A stretch of 64,000 nucleotides of DNA from Macrostomum lignano (lineage: Eukaryota), in the NCBI GenBank assembly GCA_002269645.1, contig NIVC01002377.1, positions 62,001-126,000 on the forward strand, given 5' to 3'. A program made the translations under genes and the position numbers. Shown one piece after another: positions 1-16,215 of this stretch; position 1 is the stretch's first letter, and every line of letters starts with the position of its first letter. Below the pieces are notes generated by a model. The model did no database searches. It saw only the letters and a list, made by a program, of their open reading frames with translations, and had not been told where the DNA came from.

Positions 1-3000
1 AGATCAAGCAGCAAGACGCCGCCAAGCTGCAGGAGGAGTACAACAGGCTTGTTAATAACCTGCGCGAGGCCCAGTCCGCTAGGGAGACTGACCTCATTCT
101 GGCTAATCCTGTGCTTCCGGATCAGGTAATTGTGGCTTATCAGTTTCTCATGATTCTCAGCCAGTTTCTCATGATTCTCAGCCAGGTTCTCACCCATGTC
201 CAACCAGTTTCTCGCCCATCTCTAACCAGTTTCTCACCCCCTCTAACCAGTTTCTCACCAGTTTCTCACCCATCTCTAACCAGTTTCTCACCCATCTCTA
301 ACCAGTTTCTCACCCATCTCTAACCAGTTTCTCACCCATCTCTAACCAGTTTCTCACCCATCTCTAACCAGTTTCTCACCCATCTCTAACCAGTTTCTCA
401 CCCATCTCTAACCAGTTTCTCACCCATCTCTAACCAGTTTCTCACCCATCTCTAACCAGTTTCTCACCCATCTCTAACCAGTTTCTCACCCATCTCTAAC
501 CAGTTTCTCACCCATCTCTAACCAGTTTCTCACCCATCTCTAACCAGTTTCTTATCCATGTCCAACCAGTTTCTTATCCATCTCTAACCAGTTTCTCACT
601 CATCTCTAACTAGTTTCTCACCCATCTCTAACCAGTTTCTCACCCATCTCTAATCAGTTTCTTACCCATGTCCAACCAGTTTCTCTCACCCATCTCTAAC
701 CACTTTCTCACCCATCTCTAACCTCTTTCTCACTCATCTCTAACCAGTTTCTCACCCCTCTCCAACCAGTTTCTCTCACCCATCTCCAACCAGTTTCTCA
801 CCCCTCTCTAACCAGTTTCTCACCCAGTTCCCAAGCCACCGCCACCCCCATTCCCGCCCGCAGGTGCTACGCGAAGCGGTGCCAGGCAACATTCGCACAG
901 CCGAGCATTTCCTAGCCTTCCTGCGCCGTTTCCTCGAATACTTGAAACTTCGACTTCGAGTTGTCCACGTCGTGTCGGAGAGTCCGGCCGCATTTCTGCG
1001 CGACTGCTCCGAACGGGTGTGCCTGGATCGGAAGCCGCTTCGGTTCTGTCACGAGCGCCTGCGCAGCCTCCTGGCCACGCTGGAGGTGGCCGAATCGCCA
1101 GAACTGGGCAGCCTGTTCCGCGTAGCCAACCTGGCCACCCTGCTAGCTACCTATCTGCGCGGATTCTGCTTCCTAGTTGAACCCTTCGACGATCGGGCAC
1201 CGACTGTGATCAATCCGATCATGCACCTGACTTGCATGGACGCCAGCATCGCTGTCAGGCCTGTGTTTGCCCGCTTCCAAACTGTATTGATCACCTCAGG
1301 CACTCTGTCACCGTTGGAAATGTATCCGCGTATATTGGACTTCCGGCCAGTTAATATGGTGTCATTCACTGTCACGCTGGCTAGGCAGTGTATCTGTCCT
1401 ATGATTGTTGCTAAGGGCAATGATCAGGTGAGAAAAAACTGTGGGTTTTGAATTTGCTTGTTTTTTTACGGTTTGTGCAGTTTGTCGATTGGGATCTTTA
1501 TTCTAATCTTTACTAGCTTCTTCTTCCCAGCTTCCTCAGTTGATGTAGCGGTATCCTGTAGGATGTTTATCCCTACTCCCAGCTTCCGAGTTGATGCGGT
1601 ATCTTGTAGGATATTTATCCCTACTCCCAGCCTCCCAAGTTGATGAAGCGATATCCTTTAGGACCTTTATTCCTACTCCCAGCTTCCCGAGTTGATGAAG
1701 CGATATCCTGTATGACTTTTATCCCTGCTCCCAGCTTCCCGAGTCGATGAAGCGTCACCTGTAAGATTTTTATCCCTAGTTCCTACTCCCAGCTTCCCAA
1801 ATTGATGAAGCGATATCCTTTGATGTATATTAAACCCAAGTATGCATTTTTATAGTTATATAAATGTTACAGTATGCAAAAATCGTTAATCCCCACCTGT
1901 CAGGTGACCATAACCTCTCGCTACGAGAGTCGCGAAGACCCAGCAGTGATGCGCAACTACGGCAGCCTGCTGCTAGAAATGGCCCGAGTTGTACCAGACG
2001 GCCTCGTCTGCTTCTTTCCCAGCTATCTGTACCTGGAGACCATATTCGCGGCCTGGTACGAGCAGAAGATTATAGATCAGGTGCAAAAGTACAAGCTAGT
2101 GTTCATCGAAACTCAGGACGCTCAAGAGACTAGCATCGCTCTCTATAACTATCAGCGAGCCTGCGAGAATGGACGCGGCGCTATACTACTATCAGTAGCT
2201 CGCGGCAAAGTGTCCGAGGGTATCGACTTCGATCATCATTTGGGCCGTTGCGTAATTATGTTTGGCGTTCCCTACGTCTATACCCAGAGCAGAATTCTGA
2301 AGACCCGTCTAGACTATCTGCGTGAACACTTTCACATCAGGGAGAACGACTTTCTCACGTTCGATGCGATGCGGCACGCGGCCCAGTGCGTTGGGCGGGC
2401 GCTGAGAGGCAAGACCGACTATGGCATCATGCTGTTCGCTGACAAACGGTTCGCCAGGGCCGACAAGCGAACAAAACTGCCCAGGTGGATTCAGGTATCT
2501 TTACAGTGCGGATGCATGTCTATGTGTACTTCAGTGTGTACTTTGAGCCAATTTGTATTCAATTGCCGATTTCTCTACCCCTCTGTACATTAAATCGCAG
2601 ATACATTTTTCTATTCACACTGTACATACGAGTATAAACCCGATGGATTTCCCTACCCCCTAGTGTACATGTAAACCCGATGGATTTCCCTACCCCAAAG
2701 TGTACATGTAAACCCGATGGATTTCCCTACCCCCAGTGTACATATAACCCCGATGGATTTCCCTACCCCCATTGTACATATAAACTCGATGGATTTCCCT
2801 ACCCCCATTGTACATATAAACCCGATGGATTTCCCTACCCCCATTGTACATATAAACTCGATGGATTTCCCTACCCCCAGTTGTACATATAAACCCGATG
2901 GATTTCCCTACCCCCATTGTACATATAAACTCGATGGATTTCCCTACCCCCAGTTGTACATATAAACCCGATGGATTTTCCTACCCCCAATTGTACATAT

Positions 3001-4607
3001 AAACTCGATGGATATCCCTACCCCCAATTGTACATATAAACTCGATGGATTTCCCTACCCCCAATTGTACATATAAACTCGATGGATTTCCCTACCCCCA
3101 ATTGTACATATACATGTAAACCCGATGGATTCCTTATTCCCTCAATGTACACATAAACCCGATGGTTGCAAAAACTACGTGTGATCTGAAATTAAAATAC
3201 GAGGGACTTCCAAAGTTGGCATCGAGTTTTCTCGGTCCAGTTCAATTATTGCTTTGAACTTTGTCCTTTACGCTCACACGCTATGTATGTGCCTTGAAAT
3301 TTATGAAAAATCATAACTGGAATATGAATTCTTAACTGTCGCTGTGCAGAAATTAAATGGGACCATGCTTAGCCAGTGCAGTACATATTTGACACACTCA
3401 AGGTAATTTTCAGATTAGATAATACGCATGCCCGCACAGACACCCTTGAGGAGTGAGTTTTTTAATGCGGTCATTTTTAAAAACTGTTTTAGACAGTAAA
3501 CTGGGTTTCATTTGCAACAAATAATTACCTATGTATGAAAAAGACATCAGAAAAATTATTTTCGGCTCACGAGACATTGCGGAAGTTTTGGAATTCTGAT
3601 AAACCCTGAAAAATATCTGGAATTCTATGGCTAAACTGCGCAGGTACTCCTGTAATTCCCCAGGGTTAATTTTCGCAGGCACACTGTAATTCCCCAGTGG
3701 CTAAATTGCGCAGGCCCACTGTAATTCCCCAGTGGCTAAATTGCTCAGGCACACTGTAATTCACCAGTGGCTAAAATATTTAGGCACACTGTAATTCCCC
3801 AGTAGCTAAATTGCTCAGGCACACTGTAATTCCCCAGTGGCTAAATGCACAGGCACAATGTAATTCCCCAGTGGCTAAATTGCGCAGGCCCACTGTAATT
3901 CCCCAGTGGCTAAATGCACAGGCACACTGTAATTCCCCAGTGGCCAAATTGCTCAGGCACAATGTAATTCCCCAGTGGCTAAATTGCGCAGGCCCACTGT
4001 AATTCCCCAGTGGCTAAATGCACAGGCACACTGTAATTCCCCAGTGGCTAAATTGCTCAGGCACACTGTAATTCCCCAGTGGCTAAAATGTTCAGGCACA
4101 CTGTAATTCCCCAGTAGCTAAATTGCTTAGGCACACTGTAATTCCCCAGGACTAAACTGCACAAGCACACTGTAATTCCCCCTAGGCTAAATTTCTCAGG
4201 CACACTGTAATTCCCCAGGACTAAACTGCACAAGCACACTGTAATTCCCCCTAGGCTAAATTTCTCAGGCACACTGTAATTCCCCAGGACTGAACTGCAC
4301 AAGCACACTGTAATTCCCCAGGACTAAACTGCACAAGCACACTGTAATTCCCCCTAGGCTAAATTTCTCAGGCACACTGTAATTCCCCAGGACTGAACTG
4401 CACAAGCACACTATAATTCCCCAGGAAAACCTAAGCGAGGCTGTACTCAATCTCTCAGTGGACGAAGCCGTGCAAATATCTCGCCGATTTCTCAAACAAA
4501 TGGCCCAGCCGTTCACCCGTCAGGATCAGCTGGGCGTGTCGCTGCTCACCCTGGAACAGCTGCGCGACATTGAAATGCAGCGCAGATACGCCAATGAAGC
4601 CGGCTAA
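1..4607 (+). CDS. ERCC2: TFIIH helicase XPD, 5'-partial; exons <1-125, 864-1427, 1904-2494, 4425-4607
   Basis: Spliced frame via GT-AG junctions matches XPD motifs: LANPVLPDQ|[64 protein letters not shown]|[14 protein letters not shown]. Stop TAA at 4605-4607. Confidence 0.97.
200..830 (+). repeat. 22-bp minisatellite (CCATCTCTAACCAGTTTCTCAC) in XPD intron 126-863
   Basis: Tandem units read directly. Confidence 0.95.
1505..1820 (+). repeat. Degenerate ~50-55-bp tandem repeat in XPD intron 1428-1903
   Basis: Recurring GTTGATGAAGCGATATCC...TTTATCCCTACTCCCAGCTTCC. Confidence 0.85.
2632..3160 (+). repeat. 36-37-bp minisatellite (TAAACCCGATGGATTTCCCTACCCCCATTGTACATA) in XPD intron
   Basis: Tandem units read directly. 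Confidence 0.95.
3630..4424 (+). repeat. ~34-bp minisatellite (CACTGTAATTCCCCAGTGGCTAAATTGCTCAGGC); last copy supplies the XPD 3' splice acceptor
   Basis: Tandem units; the final unit CTATAATTCCCCAG abuts exon 4425 (GAA AAC). Confidence 0.93.
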
Positions 4608-5239
4608 CTACTAACCGCTAGTAGTATGCTAGTAATATGTTTAATCTAATCTTAAACTGACTGTTCGTGTTTCTTACTAAGTACGCCTCCCCAACCTTTA
4701 ATTTCTATGCAAGATTAAAAAGTTGTTTGCGTTCGAAAGTCCCTGCAACTGCCTTTCTTTTCAGGCTTACAAAAATAGCTTACGCATTCTCTCTTACTAC
4801 TGAACAGACAGTAGAGAAACTGCTCTACCAAAAAAGTACGCCTGAGTGTCCCACCTAGTTATTATTGTATTTGTACTACATGTCTGTTAAATAACAAAAT
4901 AATTATGCATTTAATCATAACATGTAATTATTAACCGGTTCATCCTTTCCATATGAACGATTTGCTGGTATTTTTGTATTATTCTCCTTGCTAGAATTTA
5001 TTCCCTAACATTATCTGTTGACGTACAACCGGTTGCCATTATATTTTCTATTTGTCAACAAAGCGCTGTTTGTTAAGTATATAGCTCTTTGACTCTGATT
5101 TTTTGTTCTGCAACAATGCAAACTTCGTAACTTTGATTTAGTCTTGTAGTAAAACAGACAACATTGTTAAATAATTGCGTTTTTTTCTCCTTGCAGTATC
5201 TTCAAAAATAGTTATGAGCCTTAGCCTTAAGACAATAAC

Positions 5240-5885
5240 CCTCACTTCCATAGCTAAACTCATGTTCCAGTGTACACTCTCGTCCCTAGCCAAACTCTTG
5301 CCCCAATGTACACTCACTTCCCTAGCCAAACTCTTGCCCCAATGTACACTCACTTCCCTAGCCAAACTCTTGCCCCAATGTACACTCACTTCCCTAGCCA
5401 AACTCTTGCCCCAATGTACACTCACTTCCCTAGCCAAACTCTTGCCCCAATGTACACTCACTTCCCTAGCCAAACTCTTGCCCCAATGTACACTCACTTC
5501 CCTAGCCAAACTCTTGCCCCAATGTACACTCACTTCCCTAGCCAAACTTTTGCCCCAATGTACACTCACTTCCATAGCCAAACTCTTGCCCCAATGTACA
5601 CCCACTTCCATAGCCAAACTCTTGCCCCAATGTACACTCACTTCCCTAGCCAAACTTTTGCCCCAATGTACACTCACTTCCATAGCCAAACTCTTGCCCC
5701 AATGTACACCCACTTCCATAGCCAAACTCTTGCCCCAATGTACACTCACTTCCATAGCCAAACTCTTGCCCCAATGTACACCCACTTCCATAGCCAAACT
5801 CTTGCCCCAATGTACACCCACTTCCATAGCCAAACTCCTGCCCCAACGTACACTTAGTTCCCTAACCAAACTCTTGCCACAATAT
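5240..5885 (+). repeat. 36-bp minisatellite (CACTCACTTCCCTAGCCAAACTCTTGCCCCAATGTA) between XPD and SPTLC1
   Basis: Near-perfect tandem units. Confidence 0.96.
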
Positions 5886-6035
5886 ACAATCGCTTCACAG
5901 GCCAAAAAGACTGTACAATAAATGCAAATGCGTAAAAGTAAAAATATCTCTTCATTTACAATTAAATTGACGCGATAAAGTCTGCTATAGTTTCAGATTT
6001 ATTTTATTATCAGCGCCAATCTAATCCTATAAAAG

Positions 6036-8562
<2,527 letters not shown>

Positions 8563-8649
8563 TGGACTATCTGCATTTGGTGATGACATTAGGTTTCTGC
8601 TGGCTATCGCTTGTAGCGCTTGTTTTCAGGGGTTTGGTTTCAAGCCCCG

Positions 8650-8669
8650 ACAGGCAGGCAGACAGATAA

Positions 8670-8754
<85 letters not shown>

Positions 8755-8763
8755 TAGACAGAG

Positions 8764-8840
<77 letters not shown>

Positions 8841-8895
8841 GGCAGGCAGGCAGACAGACAGGCAGGCAGACAGGCAGGCAGACAGATAGACAGAG

Positions 8896-8929
<34 letters not shown>

Positions 8930-9050
8930 GCAGGCAGGCAGACAGACAGACAGACAGACAGACAGACAGGCAGACAGACAGACAGACAGGCAGGCAGGCA
9001 GACAGACAGACAGACAGACAGGCAGGCAGACATGCAGAGACAGGCAGACA
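8650..9050 (+). repeat. (GACA)n/(GGCA)n microsatellite downstream of SPTLC1
   Basis: Read directly. Confidence 0.97.
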
Positions 9051-9831
9051 ATTCAGGACACACTTTTCAGTCCCTATTCTCTGTTACACTTCTCCTGCAG
9101 CTAATTAGGATTGCGGCGTCATTTCTCGTTTGTCGTTTCCTGTATGCGATGCCACATTTTACTAGCGTGTGTTATTCTAGCAGTGATTAGTTGAATGACT
9201 TTGTTACAGTTTACAAATTGACTGACTACTATAAGTACGACGTAAGTAGCAATGTTTTTATGTAGAGAGCAATTTTACCTGATTGACCTTTGCTTTATGC
9301 TTTGCTTGCGCTTTGTTAATTTAGTTCATTTGATTCGGACAAAACTGTTGTGTCACTGCACTGTTTAATAAATCAGATATTTTGTATTAAAAAAGTTAAA
9401 CCGATAAAAATGCAGCATTGCCATCCTTTGGTTCCACAATTATTCTAGGTAACTGACTACTTATACATTTTACGAGTAGTACTATCTACTGAAATTTCTT
9501 ACTGACTTTTAATTTATCTTTCTAAATTATTATTTAATTCTTTAACAGTAACATAATTGATAAAGTCTGTTAAAGCCATTCCACTTGATCTGTTTTTTTA
9601 TGTATTTGTCGGTAATTTAGTACTACAAGTAGTTGATAAAGTAGTAGTAGATATAGAAAATTCATTCAATTTTTGGTGCTGTATTGGTTCAAAAAGATTT
9701 CTAGTGCAGACTTATAGAATTATTGAGAAAGTAAAATGTTGGAATGCCTATTCTTGGAAATTTATTTCCTAAAATTCAACACAGACTACTTATTTGTATC
9801 TACTTGTACTTTTACTTGCTCTGGTAGACTT

Positions 9832-9965
9832 CTGCTACTGATCCACCTGATCAGCTGACCCACCTGATCTACTGATCCACCTGATCTACTGATCCACCTG
9901 ATCTACTGACCCACCTGATCTACTGACCCACTAGATCTACTGACCAACTGACCCCCCTGATCTAC
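9832..9965 (+). repeat. 17-bp short tandem repeat (TCTACTGATCCACCTGA)
   Basis: Several tandem copies. Confidence 0.85.
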
Positions 9966-10449
9966 AAGTGACCAAAGTTGATCAGTTGCATTGCGTAAAT
10001 TTTGAGTCGCTTTCACTGGCACTTTGTATTTTGTCGATATTTGTGTAGTACCAACTTTTTGTTCGACTGCGACTTTCCTTCCTTACCTGCCTATCAGTGA
10101 GTTTCTGAGTTCAAATCTTTCTCGTGCCTAGAAATGCTTTATGTTGCTTCATTTTGTACTTTTTAATGATTTATTGCGCTCTAACTTCCACTGACTCGCA
10201 CTAAGTTGCACTGGTTTCTTACTCTACTTTTATATCGTATTATTTATGCTTGAACTTATTGGCGCGGGGCTCCCGTGCTGCCATTTGTGAAGGCGCTGAA
10301 CGGCTCAACTGTCTGCAGAAATAAATAAATTAAAACTATGTTGGAGTAATGTTTGTACTATTGATAGCAGGACACGTTTGGCTTTGATAGCTTAACTGCA
10401 TTATGCGATAACTGGCTTGCTGTTCTGCGAATTCCCCGTTGCTTCTTTT

Positions 10450-10569
10450 TTGCCATCTGTCTGTCTGTGTGTCTGTCTGCCTGTGTGTCTGCCTGTGTGT
10501 CTGTCTGTCTGTCTGTCTGCCTGTGTGTCTGTCTGCCTGTGTGTCTGTCTGTGTGTCTGTCTGCCTGTG

Positions 10570-10608
<39 letters not shown>

Positions 10609-10677
10609 GTGTCTGTCTGTCTGTCTGTCTGTGTGTCTGTCTGCCTGTGTGTCTGTCTGTGTGTCTGTCTGCCTGTG

Positions 10678-10752
<75 letters not shown>

Positions 10753-10781
10753 GTGTCTGTTTGTGTGTCTGTCTGCCTGTG

Positions 10782-10816
<35 letters not shown>

Positions 10817-10883
10817 GTGTCTGTCTGTCTGTCTGTCTGGCTGTCTGTCTGTCTGTGTGTGTGTCTGTGTCTGTCTGGCTGTG

Positions 10884-10914
<31 letters not shown>

Positions 10915-11065
10915 GTGTCTGTTTGTGTCTGTCTGCCTGTGTGTCTGTCTGTCTGTCTGTCTGTGTGTCTGTTTGTGTCTGTCTGCCTGTGTGTCTGTCT
11001 GTCTGTCTGTCTGTGTGTCTGTTTGTGTCTGTCTGCCTGTGTGTCTGTCTGTCTGTCTGTCTGTG

Positions 11066-11096
<31 letters not shown>

Positions 11097-11177
11097 GTGT
11101 CTGTGTGTCTGTTTGTGTGTCTGTCTGTCTGTCTGTCTGTCTGTGTGTCTGTCTGCCTGTGTGTCTGTCTGCCTGTG

Positions 11178-11212
<35 letters not shown>

Positions 11213-11549
11213 GTGTCTGTGTGTCTGGCTGACTGTCTGTCTGTCTGGCTGTCTGTGTGTGTGTCTGTGTCTGTCTGGCTGTGTGTCTGTCTGTCTGTCT
11301 GTCTGTCTGTGTGTCTGTTTGTGTCTGTCTGCCTGTCAGTCTGTCTGTCTGTCTGTGTGTCTGCCTGTGTGTCTGTCTGTGTGTCTGTCTGTCTGTCTGT
11401 GTGTCTGTCTGTCTGTCTGTGTGTGTGTCTGTGTGTCTGTCTGTCTGTGTGTCTGTCTGCCTGTGTGTCTGCCTGTGTGTCTGTCTGTGTGTCTGTCTGC
11501 CTGTGTGTCTGTCTGCCTGTGTGTCTGTCTGTGTGTCTGTCTGCCTGTG

Positions 11550-11588
<39 letters not shown>

Positions 11589-11653
11589 GTGTCTGTCTGT
11601 CTGTCTGTGTGTCTGTCTGCCTGTGTGTCTGTCTGTGTGTCTGTCTGCCTGTG

Positions 11654-11712
<59 letters not shown>

Positions 11713-11749
11713 GTGTCTGTGTGTCTGTTTGTGTGTCTGTCTGCCTGTG

Positions 11750-11784
<35 letters not shown>

Positions 11785-12095
11785 GTGTCTGTCTGTCTGT
11801 CTGTCTGGCTGTCTGTCTGTCTGTGTGTGTGTCTGTGTCTGTCTGGCTGTGTGTCTGTCTGTCTGTCTGCCTGTCTGTCTGTCTGTGTGTCTGTTTGTGT
11901 CTGTCTGCCTGTGTGTCTGTCTGTCTGTCTGTCTGTGTGTCTGTTTGTGTCTGTCTGCCTGTGTGTCTGTCTGTCTGTCTGTCTGTGTGTCTGTCTGTCT
12001 GTCTGTGTGTCTGTCTGTCTGTCTGTCTGTGTGTCTGTCTGTCTGTGTGTCTGTCTGTCTGTCTGTCTGTCTGTGTGTCTGTGTGTCTGTTTGTG

Positions 12096-12138
<43 letters not shown>

Positions 12139-12445
12139 GTGTCTGTCTGCCTGTGTGTCTGTCTGTCTTGTGTCTGTCTGTCTGTCTGTGTGTCTGTGTG
12201 TCTGGCTGACTGTCTGTCTGTCTGGCTGTCTGTGTGTGTGTCTGTGTCTGTCTGGCTGTGTGTCTGTCTGTCTGTCTGTCTGTCTGTGTGTCTGTTTGTG
12301 TCTGTCTGCCTGTCAGTCTGTCTGTCTGTCTGTGTGTCTGCCTGTGTGTCTGTCTGTGTGTCTGTCTGTCTGTCTGTGTGTCTGTCTGTCTGTCTGTGTG
12401 TGTGTCTGTGTGTCTGTCTGGCTGTGTGTCTGTCTGTCTGTTTCA
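10450..12445 (+). repeat. ~2-kb complex (GTCT)/(GT) microsatellite with a ~977-bp internal duplication
   Basis: Rare landmarks CTGGCTGACTG (11225, 12202) and CCTGTCAGTCTG (11332, 12309) recur at the same 977-bp offset. Confidence 0.93.
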
Positions 12446-12927
12446 TTCACCATATGGCCTGGACCTTCAGCATGCCTAGGTTACCTGGAACTTAGAGAGA
12501 AAGTCCAAAGCAATTAGGGAATTGAATCTCTGTGAAAAGTCGCAAAATTTATGACTTGGGACTGAATGGTCAATTAGTGAATCGTGACTCTGTAAAAAGA
12601 TTTGATAAATTAAATAAGTTGGCTCATTGAACACCTGACTTGGAACAAACAAGTGGCAAAATATAATCCTAAATTTCCTAGTTCAGTTTAATGCAATTCG
12701 AATCTTGGGGGGGGATGCGGAGAAAAGACTGGAGGACATCTTTGGGATTTTCTATCTGAACCATCTAATCTATCACAGGTGCTTCCAGCAGCTCAACATT
12801 TAGAGGAAAGTTAGGCCTTGGATTATTGTAAGAACTGCATGTATGATGCTCAGATTTTGGGGAAATTTGAGTAGCCATGGTCCTCAGATAATATGTCAAA
12901 TGTCAAGGACATGATATGGGACAAATG

Positions 12928-13805
12928 GACGTGAAGGACTCTGGTCCTCAGATAAGAGCCGTGAAGGACTCTGGTCCTCAGATAGGAGAGCCGTGAAGGA
13001 CTCTGGTCCTCAGATAAGAGAGCCGTGAAGGACTCTGGTCCCCAGATAAGAGAGCCGTGAAGAACTCTGGTCCTCAGATAAGAGAGCCGTGAAGGACTCT
13101 GGTCCTCAGATAAGACAGCCGTGAAGGACTCTGGTCCTCAGATAAGAGAGCCGTGAAGGACTCTGGTCCTCAGATAAGAGAGCCGTGAAGGACTCTGGTC
13201 CTCAGATAAGAGAGTCGTGAAGGACTCTGGTCCTCAGATAAGAGAGCCGTGAAGGACTCTGGTCCTCAGATAAGAGAGCCGTGAAGGACTCTGGTCCTCA
13301 GATAAGAGAGCCGTAAAGGACTCTGGTCCTCAGATAAGAGAGCCGTGAAGGACTCTGGTCCTCAGATAAGAGAGCCGTGAAGGACTCTGGTCCTCAGATA
13401 AGAGAGCCGTGAAAGACTGGTCCTGAGATAGGAGAGCCGTGAAGGACTCTGGTCCTCAGATAAGAGAGCTGTGAAGGACTCTGGTCCTCAGATAAGAGAG
13501 CCGTGAAGGACTCTGGTCCTCAGATAAGAGAGCCGTGAAGGACTCTGGTCCCCAGATAAGAGAGCCGTGAAGGACTCTGGTCCTCAGATAGGAGAGCCGT
13601 GAAGGACTCTGGTCCTCAGATAAGAGAGCCGTGAAGGACTCTGGTCCTCAGATAGGAGAGCCGTGAAGGACTCTGGTCCTCAGATAAGAGAGCCGTGAAG
13701 GACTCTGGTCCTCAGATAGGAGAGCCGTGAAGGACTCTGATCCTCAGATAAGAGAGCCGTGAAGGACTCTGGTCCTCAGAAAAGAGAGCCGTGAAGGACT
13801 CTGGG
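12928..13805 (+). repeat. 32-bp minisatellite (AGAGCCGTGAAGGACTCTGGTCCTCAGATAAG)
   Basis: Near-perfect tandem units. Confidence 0.96.
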
Positions 13806-14314
13806 TCTTTAATCCTCAGCTAGAATCGAGCTAAGAGCTAAAAAGTCCCTTTTAAAAGTACCGAGCATAAGCGAAGTCAGTGCAGTGCGTGAAATCGAGT
13901 TTTTTAGCCCTGAAAGCCGTTCCATTAAAGCGCCTTTACCTGCCTGCCGGGTTCCACCTCTGTCCGGCCGGTTCGTGAGTAAGAGCGAGGAGTCCAGCGG
14001 CTTGAGGGGGCATGCAGGAAGACTGAAGGGATAATTAATTAGAGCGGTTAGACAGGAGCAGCCGGAGGAAAGATCGGGATTATAAGTCAGGCTCTTGAAT
14101 ACGCCTTGAGACTCAGTGAGAAATCTTGAGCAGAGGGAGTAGCGGAAATCTGCCAACACCTCCCCCTCCAGGCTGAATGCAGGACGTTTCCGTGTGCAGT
14201 GTGATTATTCTTTGTTAATTGTCAGATAAACTGTTGCTTCATGCTGCGACTGTGAGACACAAATTCTATCAATAGTACTTCTGCAGTGAGCTCTGTTGGG
14301 CCTTGATCGCATTT

Positions 14315-15300
14315 TCTCCCTCTTCTTTTCTCCCTCTCTTTATCTACCTCTCCTTAACTCCCTCTCCTTATCTCCCTCTCCTTTTCTCCCTCTCTTTATC
14401 TCCCTCTCCTTATCTCCCTCTCCTTTTCTCCCTCTCCTTATCTCCCTCTCCTTATCTTCCTCTCCTTATCTCCCTCTCCTTATCTCCCTCTCCTTATCTC
14501 CCTCTCCTCATCTACCTCTCCTCATCTACCTCTCCTTATCTCCCTCTCCTTATCTCCCTCTCCTTATCTCCCTCTCCTTATCTCCCTCTCCTTATCTCCC
14601 TCTCCTTATCTACATCTCTACTTATCTCCCTCTCCTTATTTCCCTCTCCTTATCTACCTCTCCTTATCTCCCTTTCCTCATCTACCTCTCCTTATCTCCC
14701 TCTTCTTATCCCCCTCTCCTCATCTACCTCTCCTTATCTACCTCTCTACTTATCTATCTCTCCTCATGTACCTCTTCTTATCTCCCTCTCATTATCTACC
14801 TCTCCTTATCTCCCTCTCCTTATCTCCCTCTCCTTATCTCCCTCTCCTCATCTACCTCCCCTTATCTCCCTCTCCTTATTTAACCTCATTATCTCCTTCT
14901 CCTTATCTCCCTCTTCTTATCCCCCTCTCCTCATCTACCTCTCCTTATCTCCCTCTTCTTATCCCCCTCTCCTCATCTACCTCTCCTTATCTACCTCTCT
15001 ACTTATCTATCTCTCCTTATGTACCTCTTCTTATCTCCCTCTCATTATCTAACTCTCCTTATCTCCCTCTCCTTATCTCCCTCTCCTTATCTCCCTCTCC
15101 TCATCTACCTCTCCTTATCCCCCTCTTCTTATCTCCTTCTCCTCATCTACCTCTCCTTATCTACCTCTCTACTTATCTATCTCTCCTTATGTACCTCTTC
15201 TTATCTCCCTCTCATTATCTACCTCTCCTTATCTACCTCTCCTCATCTACCACTCCTTATCTCCCTCTCCTTATCTACCTCTTCTTATCTCCCTCTGAGT
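14315..15300 (+). repeat. Pyrimidine-rich repeat based on a 14-bp unit (TCCTTATCTCCCTC)
   Basis: Read directly. Confidence 0.93.
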
Positions 15301-16215
15301 CCACACTCTACCTATATTTTTTCTTTCCCTCGACTCCAAATCTCAATTATTTTCTTCTGTCGCTTCCAATCCCAAACGCCCCGTCTGCCTGTCTTCAAGA
15401 GTCAATCAAGTCGCCTCGCCACTTCAACTCAGACGCCATCCAGCCTTCTTCATCAATCTCTCTTTTTTTTGAAAAGTTTCCTTCCACTAAGACTCTACCG
15501 CAAGCTCTGCGCCCTGGCAGTGACAGAGTTAAGTTGAGCCTCGCTTAAGTTAAGACAAGTGTTTAAATTAGTGAGAGCAAAATTTAAATGACAGACAGAC
15601 GGACAAAAATCGGCAGAGTGCACTTTTATGTGTGTTTTTCATACCCAGTTGGAAAATTACACACAATCTTTAGTTGCTGGAGATAGCGAGTACAGTATAT
15701 TATAAAAAATGCCATAATCTCCAAGTGTTCCACCTTATTATAATTACTACTCACGTGGTCCTTGAGTGGAAGATCAGGAGCTCAGTGCATGGAAATCAAG
15801 GACCTATGGATAATTGGTCTGGAAGCCAGCCAGAGTCTACGATTTCTTTATCAGAATTCAATTTTGATTCGATGCGACGAATATCCGTTTCTTACCGACC
15901 TCAAGCTCATTTCTAAGAAAAACGTTGTCCATGGTTCTTGAAAAAATGGCTTCTAGTCCAAGTCTCTATAGAATTCTATGGTAAAAAGAATACAAGTATA
16001 AAGTATATTAAGCCTGGCTGACATCAGGCTTGTTGAAAAGGATAGAAAACATGTAGAAAAGGATACACTATAAGGATACGGACACTGCGTACGATTTTAA
16101 ATAAGCATCGCACAGTATTGAGAGGGCGTCGAACTTCAAATTTGTGAAAATTACAATTGAAGGCCTAATCTGCAGTCTAGCGAGATAAAAGAATTCCAGT
16201 TTTTTAAGCTAAAGC

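Noticed and set aside
10401-12517. Long ORFs (580-692 aa) of QTDR/CLSV repeats
   Set aside because: Translations of a GTCT/GT microsatellite that lacks stop codons; no domain content.
13809-14159. 116-aa minus-strand ORF in unique sequence
   Set aside because: No recognisable motif and no convincing splice partners.
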